The translations under genes were made by a program, and so were the position numbers. A DNA stretch of 64,000 nucleotides from Epiperipatus broadwayi (lineage: Eukaryota; Animalia; Onychophora). The notes beneath the pieces are model-generated. The model searched no databases. It was not told where the DNA came from and saw nothing but the letters and a program-made list of their open reading frames with translations. Where the stretch lies: the NCBI GenBank assembly GCA_028023455.1, contig JAQFVV010000004.1, positions 18,166,001 to 18,230,000 of the forward strand, read 5' to 3'. Positions 36,119 through 48,999 of the stretch are shown in pieces. Positions within the stretch are counted from its first letter, which is position 1, and every line of letters begins with the position of its first letter.

Positions 36119-37386
36119 GTGAAATTCATTATTTATTTTTATACTACATTAAAAAGATTTTGAAGGAAATTAATTTTGTATTACGCACATTTTGGACTAA
36201 AAAGTTTTTCAATAGATTATTACAATTTTCATTCAATTTTAAAATTGTGTTTATTTATATGCGTAATTTTTCTGAATTAGTAATGAAACATGCTAATATT
36301 TAGATAGTTATTGATCAGAATTATTAACTAACTCCTGCTTCACAAAAATAATTGAAAAATAAATAATATTAATCGATATTAAAATGAAAACAATATAATT
36401 AATAAAACCCACCGCACTTTTGCATATAATAATCTAATATTATTTTCTTAATATTTTATACAGTTTTGTAAATATATTATTCACATTTTACAAACATTTG
36501 TATATGCTAAATGCTGAGTCTAGAATTGTAGTTTTGTATTAAAAATTATTTTTACCATAATTTAATAGTGATGAATGTATGCCAAACTCATTAGTATTTA
36601 TATATGGCGACCATCTTCTAATTGATAGTAAAATTTTATATTCTTATATAAAAAGATACATTTTTACATACACGTACAATTGATGAAGTTCTCTTTAATA
36701 ATTTTACTTTAAATAAAAAGTATATAAAATATCTTTTTTCATTAGTTTTTTGATATCGAATATGCCACCTTTACCTAAAGAATAAATTTAATATAACACT
36801 GAATTAATTCAGGTATATAGTTGTACACTTAGTATTAGATCTGTACTATACAAGACAGAGTGGATAAGAGAAATAAAGATGACTGCTGAATAGATAGATG
36901 CAAATCCAATCGCTATTTAATGATCTAAAATTAGTCTGGGGACTTAGATGTGACATTTATCTAATGTTCTCTGCGTATTCGCTTATAATAAATCACTTTA
37001 GAATAGATAATTAAATTACTACTTCCAATCTTCTTAGAATTCAATTGGTGCCAAGAAATAGAAATAATAAAATGAAGCACTATTATGCTATATTTTTTAC
37101 TAAAGTTTAAAAAGCACAATCAATAGTTCTTGTGAAAATTTATTTTAGCATTTATTATATACTAAAAACAATAATTGCATGGCTTATAACTCAGGAATTC
37201 AGATGAAATAAGGGACTTAGGAGTGACTGAGACTGAATTATGATTCATGGACCTTAAATTTTAAAATCTGCCATTGTACCGCTATAAATCTTGAAAAACC
37301 TATTAAACTTAAAAAAAATAGCAGCATTTGCCATAGTGAAATCACTAGCACAAACATCATACCACTAGCTAAGAAGAAAGGATACT

Positions 37387-37496
37387 GCTCCTCCCCTATG
37401 TCATAGCATCGACCGGGAGGCGAACCCACAACCGTCTGTAGCCAACTACTTGCTTGCAAGGCGACTGCGCTGACTTCTCGGCTAACAACGCTTGAC
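37387..37496 (-). mobile_element. tRNA-derived short SINE, copy 2
   Basis: Homologous to 3213-3311. TSD AAAGGATACT (37377-37386 and 37497-37506). Confidence 0.8.
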
Positions 37497-38629
37497 AAAG
37501 GATACTTGTTTTCCTAGCAAAAAAAAAAAAAATATTTAAGACATTATTTTTTAAAATTATATTTTACAATGTTTTTAAAAATTTATAAATTTTTTGAACA
37601 ATTTGAAAAGAAACTCATGGCACTCTGCTTTAGAACCCTAGAAACATATCAGAATCGAATTTTTTAATTCTTTGGATGGAATTAAATTTCAGTGTATACA
37701 TTAATAAACAAAAACATTTCTTCTCTGTATTTTAACACAACCTACTATAAGCTTGAATAATTTAGTGGCTTCTTCATGGTAGTGCAACTTAAATGTCATC
37801 CCCAGAGCAGTTTCTAATTTTTTTCTTTATCAATGAGGACTTAGGATTCAAAGCTAAAACCAATACAGCCAATAAAAAGTGTCTTTGCAATTGCTAAAAT
37901 ATATAGTTATTGACTAAATGACAGATCTATATAATTATACAATTTGGTGCTTATTTTAATTTCAGGCAGATTTGAATCTAAGTCCTCACTGATAAAGTCA
38001 GAAACCAAAAAATGGTGTAGGAATGAGGGTTAAATTGCAGTACTAACTGGTGTTCATTGATTACTCAAACTCACAATAGATGACGGTAAAGTGGTTAGAG
38101 AAAGAATATTGCTCTTGGTTCTACTGTAATAAGTTAAAGAATTAAATGATATTGTGTTAATATGAAAAATTTGTCAATGTTTCTGTTATACTAATGTGAA
38201 ATAGGATTAGTATTATACATTTTATAGTATAAAGAAACTTTAAAATAAAGTTATTTTTACTTTTTTAAATTAACACTTATTTACTAGTACTTTTTATTAG
38301 AAAATTGATTTCCTTACTATGATTTTCTTCGCGACAATCTTAACAACCACTGATGCACTGTGTAAGTTGCTTTAGTTTAACTAAAAATACATGCAAAATG
38401 GAATTTCCAATCTATATCAAATTTTACTTAAATATTTCAAATAAAACATTTTAAAGGCTTGCTTATTCTTACTAACTTTTAGACTTGTTTTATAAACATC
38501 ACAATCACTTATTTTAGATTTAAGTCACCATATCTTTATCAGGCATGAAATGGAGCATTCTCTTTTTCTTTTCTTCAGATTTCCAAAACTAAGCCTATAT
38601 AAATCAACTATTTATTTATTTATTTATTT

Positions 38630-38653
38630 TTTTCTTTCTTTCTTTCTTCTTTC

Positions 38654-38717
<64 letters not shown>

Positions 38718-38720
38718 TTT
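38630..38720. repeat. (TTTC)n microsatellite
   Basis: Directly visible. Confidence 0.95.
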
Positions 38721-38730
38721 TAAAAATCAG

Positions 38731-38810
38731 TGATGGCTTGTGACACTATTGAATGGGGTGGAGCGCTGGTTCTGGCAAACAATGCAATCTTAAGACTTTC
38801 AGTCATTCAG
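38731..38810 (+). CDS. Candidate third IRF coding exon (linker), unverified
   Basis: AATCAG acceptor after a long pyrimidine tract and a CAG/GTAAAT donor. Only the phase-1 frame required by exon 2 is open (VMACDTIEWGGALVLANNAILRLSVIQ). No recognisable homology. Confidence 0.3.
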
Positions 38811-39345
38811 GTAAATAAATATATTAAGCTTGTATTATATTTGAAATATTTTAAGTGAAATTAACCTTATTCAACAAAATAATAATTCACAATAACATTT
38901 TTTCCCCAATCATTAAGAAGGATTGTTAAACTGTTTTCTGCTTTTTATATATCTTTCAACAACAATCTCCACAAATTCGGTTGTATCTTCTAATCTGCAT
39001 AACTCTTTAATAACAGATGAGTATTTATAAAATCATCCCATTTATTCTGCCTTATTACCTTTTTTTAATGGAATATAATTGTTATAAGAAAACCAAGTAT
39101 ACACTTTGGCACATTACAAACATTAATCACTTCCTCAATTCTCTGCATCGATATACTCTATTATACCTACTTACTTCATTCATTTCAAGTTATATCTAGA
39201 TTTAATTATTTTTAAATACTCACATTAAGACCCTTAAAACTGTATTGATAGCTAGATAACAACAAATATAAGTATACTGTGATATAAATGATTGATGTAT
39301 TCAATACATTTTTAAGACACCTGATAATGTATAAGTTTCATAAAA

Positions 39346-39685
39346 TAATAGTGGCATCCAATGCAAGTCTTAGTAATCAATAGATGCAAGAAGGTTTTTG
39401 CATAAAATTCCTATCTAGTCCCTACTCATTGAATATCCCCAAGACTAATTTCTAGCTTCTGAATTTCATCGGTGAGGAGCCTTAAATTTGAGAACATTGC
39501 ACATTAGATCTTAGAATCTAATGCAACTCTTCAGCAGTCCTCTTGCTGAAGAAAATAATGAGTTAGAAACTAGTTTGGGGGTATTGGATGAGTAGGCACT
39601 AGATAGAGATTTTATATACAAACCTTCTTGCATCCATTGATTATTAAGGCTTGCATTGGGTACCACTACTGCATGGAGAGTTTGT
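39346..39685. mobile_element. Diverged family A subfamily, head-to-head pair
   Basis: Left arm (-) aatatccccaagactaatttct; right arm (+) agaaactagtttgggggtattggatgagtagg. The arms are mutual reverse complements and the ribozyme cores are decayed. Confidence 0.7.
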
Positions 39686-42600
39686 TACCGTTTTAAATAC
39701 GTGCTTAGGTTATCATATTTTTACTAATTGAATTTTAATTAATTAAATGCTCTGTAATTACCAGTTTTGTAATTAATAATGATTTTTTTATTGCTACTAA
39801 ATGAATGAATATACATAATATACATTTTTTTTTCAAACGGGTAGATTGAATTATTATATCAACTTTGAAGATATTATCTTTATTGAATTGCTTAAAAGCA
39901 GGCATTTTAATAATTTTATAACATTATTATACATAATTTTTAAAACTATCATTTTTTTTAATATCATTAAAAATTTGTTCTTTAAAATTTTATTCCAGTA
40001 GTGAGAATCCACTGACCAAGAATTAATTCAATTACTGGAAACGGGATGTAAAATTATCTTCAGAGTTTTTTCTTATTAATAATAATTTACTATTAAAGTA
40101 AAATAAGTAATCATATAGCTTTATTGCTTGAAAATTTATAAGAAAGAAGTAAGAAGCTGAAAAAATGAACATGATTCTATAGATCTCATGTTCTGGAGTG
40201 TATTATTCTACCAGTGCTTTAAACCATGCTAAACATAATGCCTGAAGGATTTGCAAACAATAAGATTCCTAGTTTTTCAAACTAAAATTTTATAAAACTC
40301 TCTATACTTATATACCCAAAAAAAATGAACTTGTTATTGTTATTATTATTATTATCATCATTATCGTTATTTTTTAGATATAAATAAAAAAATCAATGTT
40401 CTCTTCTTTATTCATATTAATGTAATACCGCCAGACTGATTGGCACGTGGCATTATTTTAGTGATAAAATACATCGATCACATTGCTGAATGACCTCTTC
40501 TTTTATCATATCAATCATCATAAGCAATGATTATTGACGTTTCTCATATCAATCCTGAAACTATGTGTTATAATCAGGTTTCTCCCATAACATATATATA
40601 AAGTCAGTTGAATAGGTAGGAAAACAATATGAAGTTCTGTTTAATTACTTTGCCAATGTAAAAGCAGTTTATTTTAGGTACTTAAATGGACATGTTAATT
40701 TCTTCCTAGGTTTCCATTATTCTCAATTTTTCTTGAAACCAGTTTCTATATTTGTCAGTTCTTTATATAGAATAGGTGATGAATGAGTTTCAAAATAATC
40801 TTGTAGAGTATACAAGTTACCTCAAGATTTTTTTCTTTAAAATGCAAATAGAAAACAAATTTTCCTGATTAATTAGCATTACAGTATATTAACTTTTTTT
40901 TTTTTAAAAAAAAATCTTTTAAAATTTTTTGTTGAAACATCATTAGTTTACACTGGCTTTATCTTTTGTCAATATTCTCATGGTTAATTTAATCACATTT
41001 TCTATTACATTTTTTTTTCAAGAGCTTTATTGTCTTGGTTTAAATCTTTATATGCTTATATCTTGTGTTATACAAAGTTTAACTCATGATTTAACTTATG
41101 ATTCATGTGTATGTTGATACATCTATGGTAACAGAGAGATTAAAACCACCCTGGACACCAACATCCCTGCTCCCTGGAGGAAGAGAAAAACCAGTGCTGG
41201 CACAGATCCCCTCATACCATCATCCCAGAGGCTTTTCCCAAAACCCTGGGAGTTAGGCTCCAGAGACCACTTGGCCTCTCGACCCTCCCCTCCAAGGAGC
41301 AAAGATGTGTGATGTTGCAGTCTCAATCTAAAGTGACTGTTGATTTACATAATGTATTATAAGACTTCATGTCCAATGTTATCTCCACTGCCCAGAGAAA
41401 AGGAGATCTATGTCTGTAATGATCCCAGATCAGCCCCTGTGGCTGGAGAGCTAGGACTCAAGCAATGGGGACCATCTCTACCACTAGACTCCCACCTCCA
41501 AGCAGCAAAGACAAGCAAACCAGTGGCATCCCAAATCAACCAATAATTTACTGTCCCTAGATTTTCAATGGCTGGCATATTTTCTCCTTTTTTTCTCAAA
41601 TAAAAGTCTTTAGTATTTATCCCAGTAATTTCATGCTTGCATTATGTTCTATATACAGATTATTGCTCAGTTCTAGAAGGTAGATGTTGATTTATGAAGT
41701 ATCTTTCTTTTTGAATCAAGCGCTTTAGTATATATCTTAGTAATTATTTGTTTTTATTATGTACTATATATCCATCGATTCATAGTTCCACAGGGCAGCT
41801 GTTGATATATATATAATGTGTTGTAGAGATCAAAATGTCAGATTTTATTTTGACCATAATATTCTGTTGCATTAATCCATGAGATGATCAAGTGTTGTAA
41901 ATGTTTCAAAGTTACAATTAAGGATGATTAATAAAGTCTAGAGATCCAATATGAATAGCATTTTACTGGTATAATATAGAATCTCCTATTTAGGATAGGT
42001 GAGTGATAATTAAAAAAAAAACATCTAAATAAAGCATTTGAACAATTCACTGTTAATAAAATTAAGTAAAATGAGTCTCTTGGGATTAAATCACCTTAGT
42101 TTCAACTGCACTAAGCAAAGTTTTCCTTTTTAAAAACATAAGCACTTAAATCACAATGAATAACATTATTTCTTTTTAATGTGTGAGACAGTCAGCATTA
42201 GCAATGATCCCCACAGCCCTCCCCACACACACCCAACCCCCTTTCCCTTTATAGCTGGAGATTAGGTCTTTAGGGACCGTCCCATCTCACTCAGTCAGCA
42301 AAGTTGATTAAAACAGATTTTTCTTTAAAACTACAATCTTTATGGAAATGTTTAGAAATTTTTATGGCTGCCATTTAATTTTCATATCGTTTTAAAGAAA
42401 AGTTGTAATTATTTTTACTTGTAATCAACTGGTGACATACTTTGTATCTGGAAAGATAGCTAAAAAGCTACTCTTCTAAATAGGATTACTTTCAGGGAGA
42501 TTTAACTCCCTAAACTAGGGAATTTGGAACTAAAATGGGGAGCCAGTAACAGAGTCAACTGGAGTCCTAGGGGACTATATTACTTATTTTTTATATATTA

Positions 42601-43140
42601 TTCAACCCATGAAACCTGTCCTGTTGAGATATCTATGGTATAGCTCTTCTGTATACTTTATTTTCTGGTCAGAATTACTTACTATTACTTTGACTAATTT
42701 CCTTTTGTCAGAAAATTTTACTAAAGTCTAGAACTTTTTTTAAATCTAACAAGTCATCAGAGAAGATTGTCTTGTTGTTTCTGAGATTGTTTTTTTATAT
42801 ATTTATTTATTTATATTTTTTGCAAATGTTATAATATTATTTTTTTTATCTCTTTTGGCTTTTTTGGGGGGGAAATATTATTCAATTTTCTCAAAAGTTC
42901 TTTATTAACTTCCTTTAGGCCTTTTTTTTCTTGCAGTGTAAATCCTGGCATTCATTTTAGTTTATTCTGTGATTTTATGTTATTTAATCTTTAATTAATC
43001 AATTTTTGATATTATTTTTAAAAGCTATATGTACTCTTAGTCTATATCTAGGTTCCAAGAATACAATATATATACTTGATAACTTAATTTGCTGATGTTT
43101 AAAGTAAATTAAAAAATAAGTAATCTAATGTTTTATCACT

Positions 43141-43420
43141 ATGAGTTCATAAAAACTTCAAGAACCAGAAGGACAGCACTGGATCCTCAATCTATGAACC
43201 TTGAGTTCAAAGAACCAAAAGGACAGCACTGGATCCTAAATCTATGAATCTTGAGTTCCAGAATCCATCAGTCTACCACTGCACTAAATCACAAAGGGTG
43301 AAATAATTTAATAATTAATTGCTTAGGAGTTCATAAAAAGTTGGAGTACTGGAACTGATAGAGTTATTGCTGAGATCCAGGAATCTTCCGCTTCAGAATC
43401 TACCACTCTGCCATTGCGTT
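43141..43420 (-). mobile_element. Old tRNA-related SINE (family D) with internal ~50-bp tandem duplication
   Basis: Minus strand begins agtgcagtggtagactgatggattctgg (A-box-like). The unit ...gaaccagaaggacagcactggatcct...ttgagtt occurs twice. Confidence 0.5.
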
Positions 43421-45825
43421 CGTGAGTGCAATCTATGCTTCAGATATTTTTTTTAAAAAAATATTGGCCATGGAGAAATAAATGATTTCTTGAAAGTTTA
43501 ATTGACATTCTACTGTTTGTTGCAGATTTAGAGTCTTTTATTATCCAACAGCAATTTTTTTTTTCATCATGTATATCTGTCACTAAAATTATATCTTATC
43601 AGTAAATTTGATTAATTTCACCCTGAACCTGACCATAATTTTTTATATGCTCGAGTAGGAAGGACATAACGTTCAATGTTAAACATATTATAAAATGAAA
43701 TATATATGACTCATTATTCTAAGAATTATATCCAGTGATGAACTAACTTTTCTGATAATGGAAGCAATAACTTATACATTCTTGAATTAGAATTTCTGTC
43801 TCATTACTTCAATCTTCACTAAATCAAGATTCACTTAGTTCACAATTCACATCTCTCAACAAAAATCACCAATAGAAGTTCAAGTGATTTTCATCTATTA
43901 AAATAAATATATATTAAAAGTATTGGGAAATATATACTTTGAAATAGTGTTTTTTTACTGATGTGAGTGATTTCTGGCACTATTCAGCATAAGAAAAATA
44001 AAATAAAGATAATGATGATGATAATGATGATGATAGTAATAATAATAAACTGTTAAGATTGAATTGGGAAATGGTTCAGATATCATTAATATAAATATAG
44101 CATAAGGTAAGCGATATAATTAATAAATGAAAAAGATTACATCTACCTATGACACCTGACCATCATCACTGAACAATTTACTGTTGTAGAATGATGGAGT
44201 TCAACAATTAAAGGGTTCTAAATCTACTTTTAGTTAAGTAAAGTAAAAAAAAAAAAAAAGCAGTTTTGTCAATAAAAAGGAACTTTTATCTTCCCACCTG
44301 CCACCTGGTTATTCAAATATGATTGTCAGAGCAACTAATCAAATGATTATTTCTTGGAGTTATCAACTCGTAATAACTAATTCCAAGATCTTTGCAAACT
44401 TTATTGTATAATAAATAACTATAGATTAATACTTTTACAATCAAATATTCTCTCTTTATAATTTAATTAATGATTTTGTTTAAATTAATAACATTTTATA
44501 TACATAAAGACAAAATATACTTGCTTGCATTAAAGAGGCTTCAAGCTTGGATAAATTTGTTGTTTATTTTATACATTTAAAATTTTAATGTTGTGTTTGA
44601 TAATACATGAAATTGAGCAACATTAAATTTCAACATCTGTATGGTTTAGAGACAGGATAGCTGACTGCAAGCTAAGAATTTAATAAAAGAAAACTCAATT
44701 TAGAATCATATTCAACCTGCATCTTGGGTGCCTGACTATTGTATAATCGTCTAAGCAAGAATCATATGATTATTATTATTATTAGATTTCTTTTTTCTTT
44801 AACCAGTAACTCTCTCTAATAATTTTACTCTTTCTTTTAAAAAAAAAAAAAATGTCTATTTTTTTTTAATGTTCCGAAAAAAAAAGCATATAATATAACG
44901 CTATTATGATTTGAAACAGAACTAGAGTAATATGTTCAGATTGTTGACGACACAAAGGGACCAGTTAATGTCAGTGGCTTTTTTAATTGACTTTTAAATA
45001 ATAAAATTTAAGTATATATAATATACGAAGTAGTTATCTATGTAATAAATGTGTAAAGGGAATATTTTTGATTAAATGTATGTGATCATAACAAAAATAT
45101 AAAATAATAATAAAATTATTTGTAATAATACTCTGGATTAAATAAATATGATTAGTAATTGATGAAATTTTGTAGAATACTTACTAGTTAGTGGGCGCAG
45201 AGATTTATGGGGGAAAAAGAGTTTATCATTAGTAAATCATTTACTTTAGAGATCATAAGAAAACCATTTAAATCGATAACGCATTGTAATCTTTTATGGA
45301 GTTAAAAACTTAATGGACTACATTTAGTTAAAAGATTCATTTGTAAATCCATTCACAGATTAAAAATTATGAACTTATCAATAACACGTTGTAATCCTTT
45401 TCCTTTCAATAATAATGGGTGTTATAATGTCCATGCCGTTAATTCTTTCTTCATTGTTATCAAGAGAGAATGCACACATTAATGGTAACTTTCCAGACAT
45501 TTGGTTATTGTACTTACAATTATTGAATATAAGAATAGATCCACAATTGTCTTAGGTTTTTATTTGACATATTTATTTGAAATAAAATTATAAAGCAATT
45601 TTCTTAACAAGGCTCTAGACTTTTGCTATTTAAGATTCATCTTTGTTACAGCAAAATAAAAAAAATTTTAATTGAAGTAAAACATGTTTAGGATCTTCAA
45701 AAAAGATTATATAATTTAACAAACTTCTATAGAAAGTGAAGTTTATTAATTTGAAAGCTAGAAAAGTTATTCTATTATAATAAGAATTTATTGAATATAT
45801 CTTTACAATCATAATATAATATAAG

Positions 45826-46575
45826 GAATTCGAACTCAGACTTTTACACAACTCTCAACTATTCATGCCATCTCATATTGCTGACTCACCTGATCATACA
45901 GGTGTTGAAAAGTTAAATAATCACCAATATACATATTTTATGCTAAACCAGCAATCATCAGTTGGTCCAGATTACCATCCTCACATATATATATATATAC
46001 AATCAATGCTCAGCTTTATATTAAGATAGCCAATCTTCATACTTTAATGGACAGATTTCAAACTACTCCAACCCACAACTCTTCAGCCATCCATTTCATT
46101 GAAAATATGATGATGGAACGTTCAAAGCCCACGTTAATGCCAAGTTGTCATCCTACCCATGTTGACCATTTAATCATTCCGATCATGAGGGGTCAGAATT
46201 ACCAAATGGTCAACATGGGTAGGATGATAACCTTGGCACTAATGTGGGCTTTGAATGTTCCATCATCAGATTTTCAATGAAATGGATGGCTGAAGAGTTG
46301 TTGGTTGGAGTAGTTTGAAGCCTGTCCATTAAAGTAGGAAGATTGGTTATCTTAATATAAAGCTGAGCATTGATTATATATAAGTGTGGAGGATAGTAAT
46401 CTGGAACAACTGATGATTGCTGGTTTAGCATGAAATACTTATATTGATGATTATTTATCTTTTCGACATGTGTATGATCAGGTGGGTCAGCAATATGAGA
46501 TGGCATGGAGAATCGGGGGTTGTGTGAAAGTCTGAGCTCGAATCCCTTATATTACATTATATATGTGCAGGTATG
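45826..46575. mobile_element. Family B element, head-to-head pair of long copies
   Basis: Minus copy 45826-46185 and plus copy ~46186-46575. Each carries the CTGATGA TTGCT-GGTTT-AGCAT (G/A)AAA motif. Confidence 0.8.
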
Positions 46576-48164
46576 TGTAAACATGTACAGTGTACTAGTC
46601 ATAATATAAATAAACATTTTTATTATTATTATTAAAGCATAAATATAGAAACAAATTGCTATATATAGTATCAACCGCTTTTCTTTTTATTCTTCATATA
46701 TAATGACTATTATAGCATTTTGAGTCTAAGAGTTTCAACCTACTAGTTATGTTACTGAATTGCATCAAAGGCTGTTTTCACAAAAGACCTTACGAATGAG
46801 CAGACTCTGGTTTAGAATATCAATACTTTTTATTCGGAAATATTTTTAAAACTGCTTAACTACTGCACGAATATATATATGCTTTGAAAGGAAATTTACT
46901 GAAAATGAAGAGAAAACATCTTTTTCTTCATTTATTATCATTCCGCAATATACAATTTTTAACGCTTGTAATTTTTTTAAAAATTTCGATCAATCTTTAG
47001 TTGAAATTTTCTGATTATTATATATAAATGTATGCATATGTGTGACTATAAAAATATGTCTTAAATGTACATATAATTAAGTACTTAGAATTTTATTTTC
47101 TATAGATTTTTTAATGGCTTTTAATATTTTCTTTCTTACATTAAAAATATCAGCACAATGTTTATATATATATCATAGTTTTAAACAAATTTTACCTATT
47201 TACTGTATTTTTTCAAGAATTTCCCGTATTTATATATATATCAGTACAATTTTATTTACTAAACTTTTTATTTTTAAATATACTACTACTATTAATAATA
47301 ATAATAATAATAAATTTTCAAAAGGGCATATTATAGGGTCAGCAATTTAATCATAAAAAAGGTAATAATAAAACAAAACACCTGACAGGCAGTGTCCTTG
47401 CTTGCTGCCATACAGCATACCTAAATCATCCATAATTGTCTCTCTCACCTGCTTCCAATTAAAGTAATTAAATTTTAACTTGTTTGATGAACCAATGTAG
47501 GTGGATGATTTAAGTTTTAAAAAACTTACTAACTTGCATTCAAATGTATAAAGATCAGCTTTTGAAATGAATGCATCTGTAACGAAAGATGAGCTAATAC
47601 CACTTATTCATCTTTTTTTTTTCCCGTTCCACAAGACTTGCTATATGTTTATAAGAATGTGTTTACTTAAATTGGATACGTCATTTTATGATTTTATATA
47701 TTTTTAGAATTTATTTAATATGGAAAACTTTATTATCATTAATATAAAGCCATTCTACAATAATAATAATAATAATAATAATTAAATCAGATGTGTGCAT
47801 ACAGCCGCACACCTGTCAAACAAGTCTTTACGTATATGTAATATATATAAAAAATCAATGATTCTTGAACATAATATGTTGTAATAATGTTAGTTAAAGA
47901 TTGTATTTTTATTGATTGATCACTGAAATTGTTCATCAGATTTTTTGATTTCGTAAATCTTTTTTTTAATTAATCGAGTAACATTTTGATTTTTAACGTT
48001 GTAAGTGCCGAAAGTTTGACACTCACTATGTCTAAAAGATTGTAGCTTAGGCTAGGAAAAGTTCTGATACAGGATAACATGTACATTGGGTGTCATTTGT
48101 CTTTTTTTCTGATATCATTCATATTTTCAAGAATGTGTAATGACGTGGAAATTTTAATATACCT

Positions 48165-48320
48165 AATATATATGCAAAAACATAAACAATTTTTAAATAA
48201 CACACTAGAGAATGCAAATCCCCTCTACCTTCTAAAGTATTTTAAATATATCTAATATATGTATGCAAAAACATAAACAATTTTTAAATAACTCACTAGA
48301 GAATGCAAATCTCCTCTACC
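48165..48320. repeat. Imperfect local duplication (~65-bp unit, twice)
   Basis: tatgcaaaaacataaacaatttttaaataac.cactagagaatgcaaatc.cctctacc is repeated. Confidence 0.8.
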
Positions 48321-48804
48321 ATCTTTAAAGTAACGTAATAAAGTAAACTTTGTTTACCAATCTAATCAAATGCTGGACTTTTCAGAGCTACCTCCATTCA
48401 CTGTTTTATTCTCTGGCTAAAAATGAGAAGATATTCATTTATCAATAAATAATTGAAGAACTAATTAGTCTACCTATGAAATGACTATCCGAAAAAAATA
48501 TACCTTGTTTGAAATCTAAAAAAAGTTTTACCTGGATTTTAAACTCCAGTCTACGAGTATAAAAAAAAATGGATGTGCTAGCCACTATTCCCCTACTTCC
48601 CTAATTATGGTGATGTGATCCATTCCAAAATGTCATGTAAATTGCTAATATTAATAACAGGTAAATATATATAGGAATAATCTCAAATATATGATCACAT
48701 CAAAATTCATCGTTTTGATAACTATATATAATCAACCAGTGACAATCTAGCATGCGAATTCAACCTGGTGAGATTCATGAATACTAAATTTATGGTGATG
48801 CTTT

Positions 48805-48907
48805 TCTTTTTTCATGTGTCACAGCATCGACAGTGAAGCGAACCCGCTAACCCGGGATAACTGCTTGTAAGGCAGCTGTGCTGACCACTCGACCACCAAC
48901 GCTTGTC
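48805..48907 (-). mobile_element. tRNA-derived short SINE, copy 3
   Basis: Perfect 23-bp TSD TACTAAATTTATGGTGATGCTTT (48782-48804 and 48908-48930). A box TGGTCGAGTGG. Confidence 0.9.
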
Positions 48908-48999
48908 TACTAAATTTATGGTGATGCTTTAACATTCTAAGCATGCAGAAAATTTAAATGTGCTATTAAAAACAAAGAAAGTGAAAAAGATGTTAATAT

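Noticed and set aside
41135-41330. Pro/Ser-rich IRF linker exon
   Set aside because: No polypyrimidine acceptor, the frames end in stops without a good donor, and the region looks repeat-derived.
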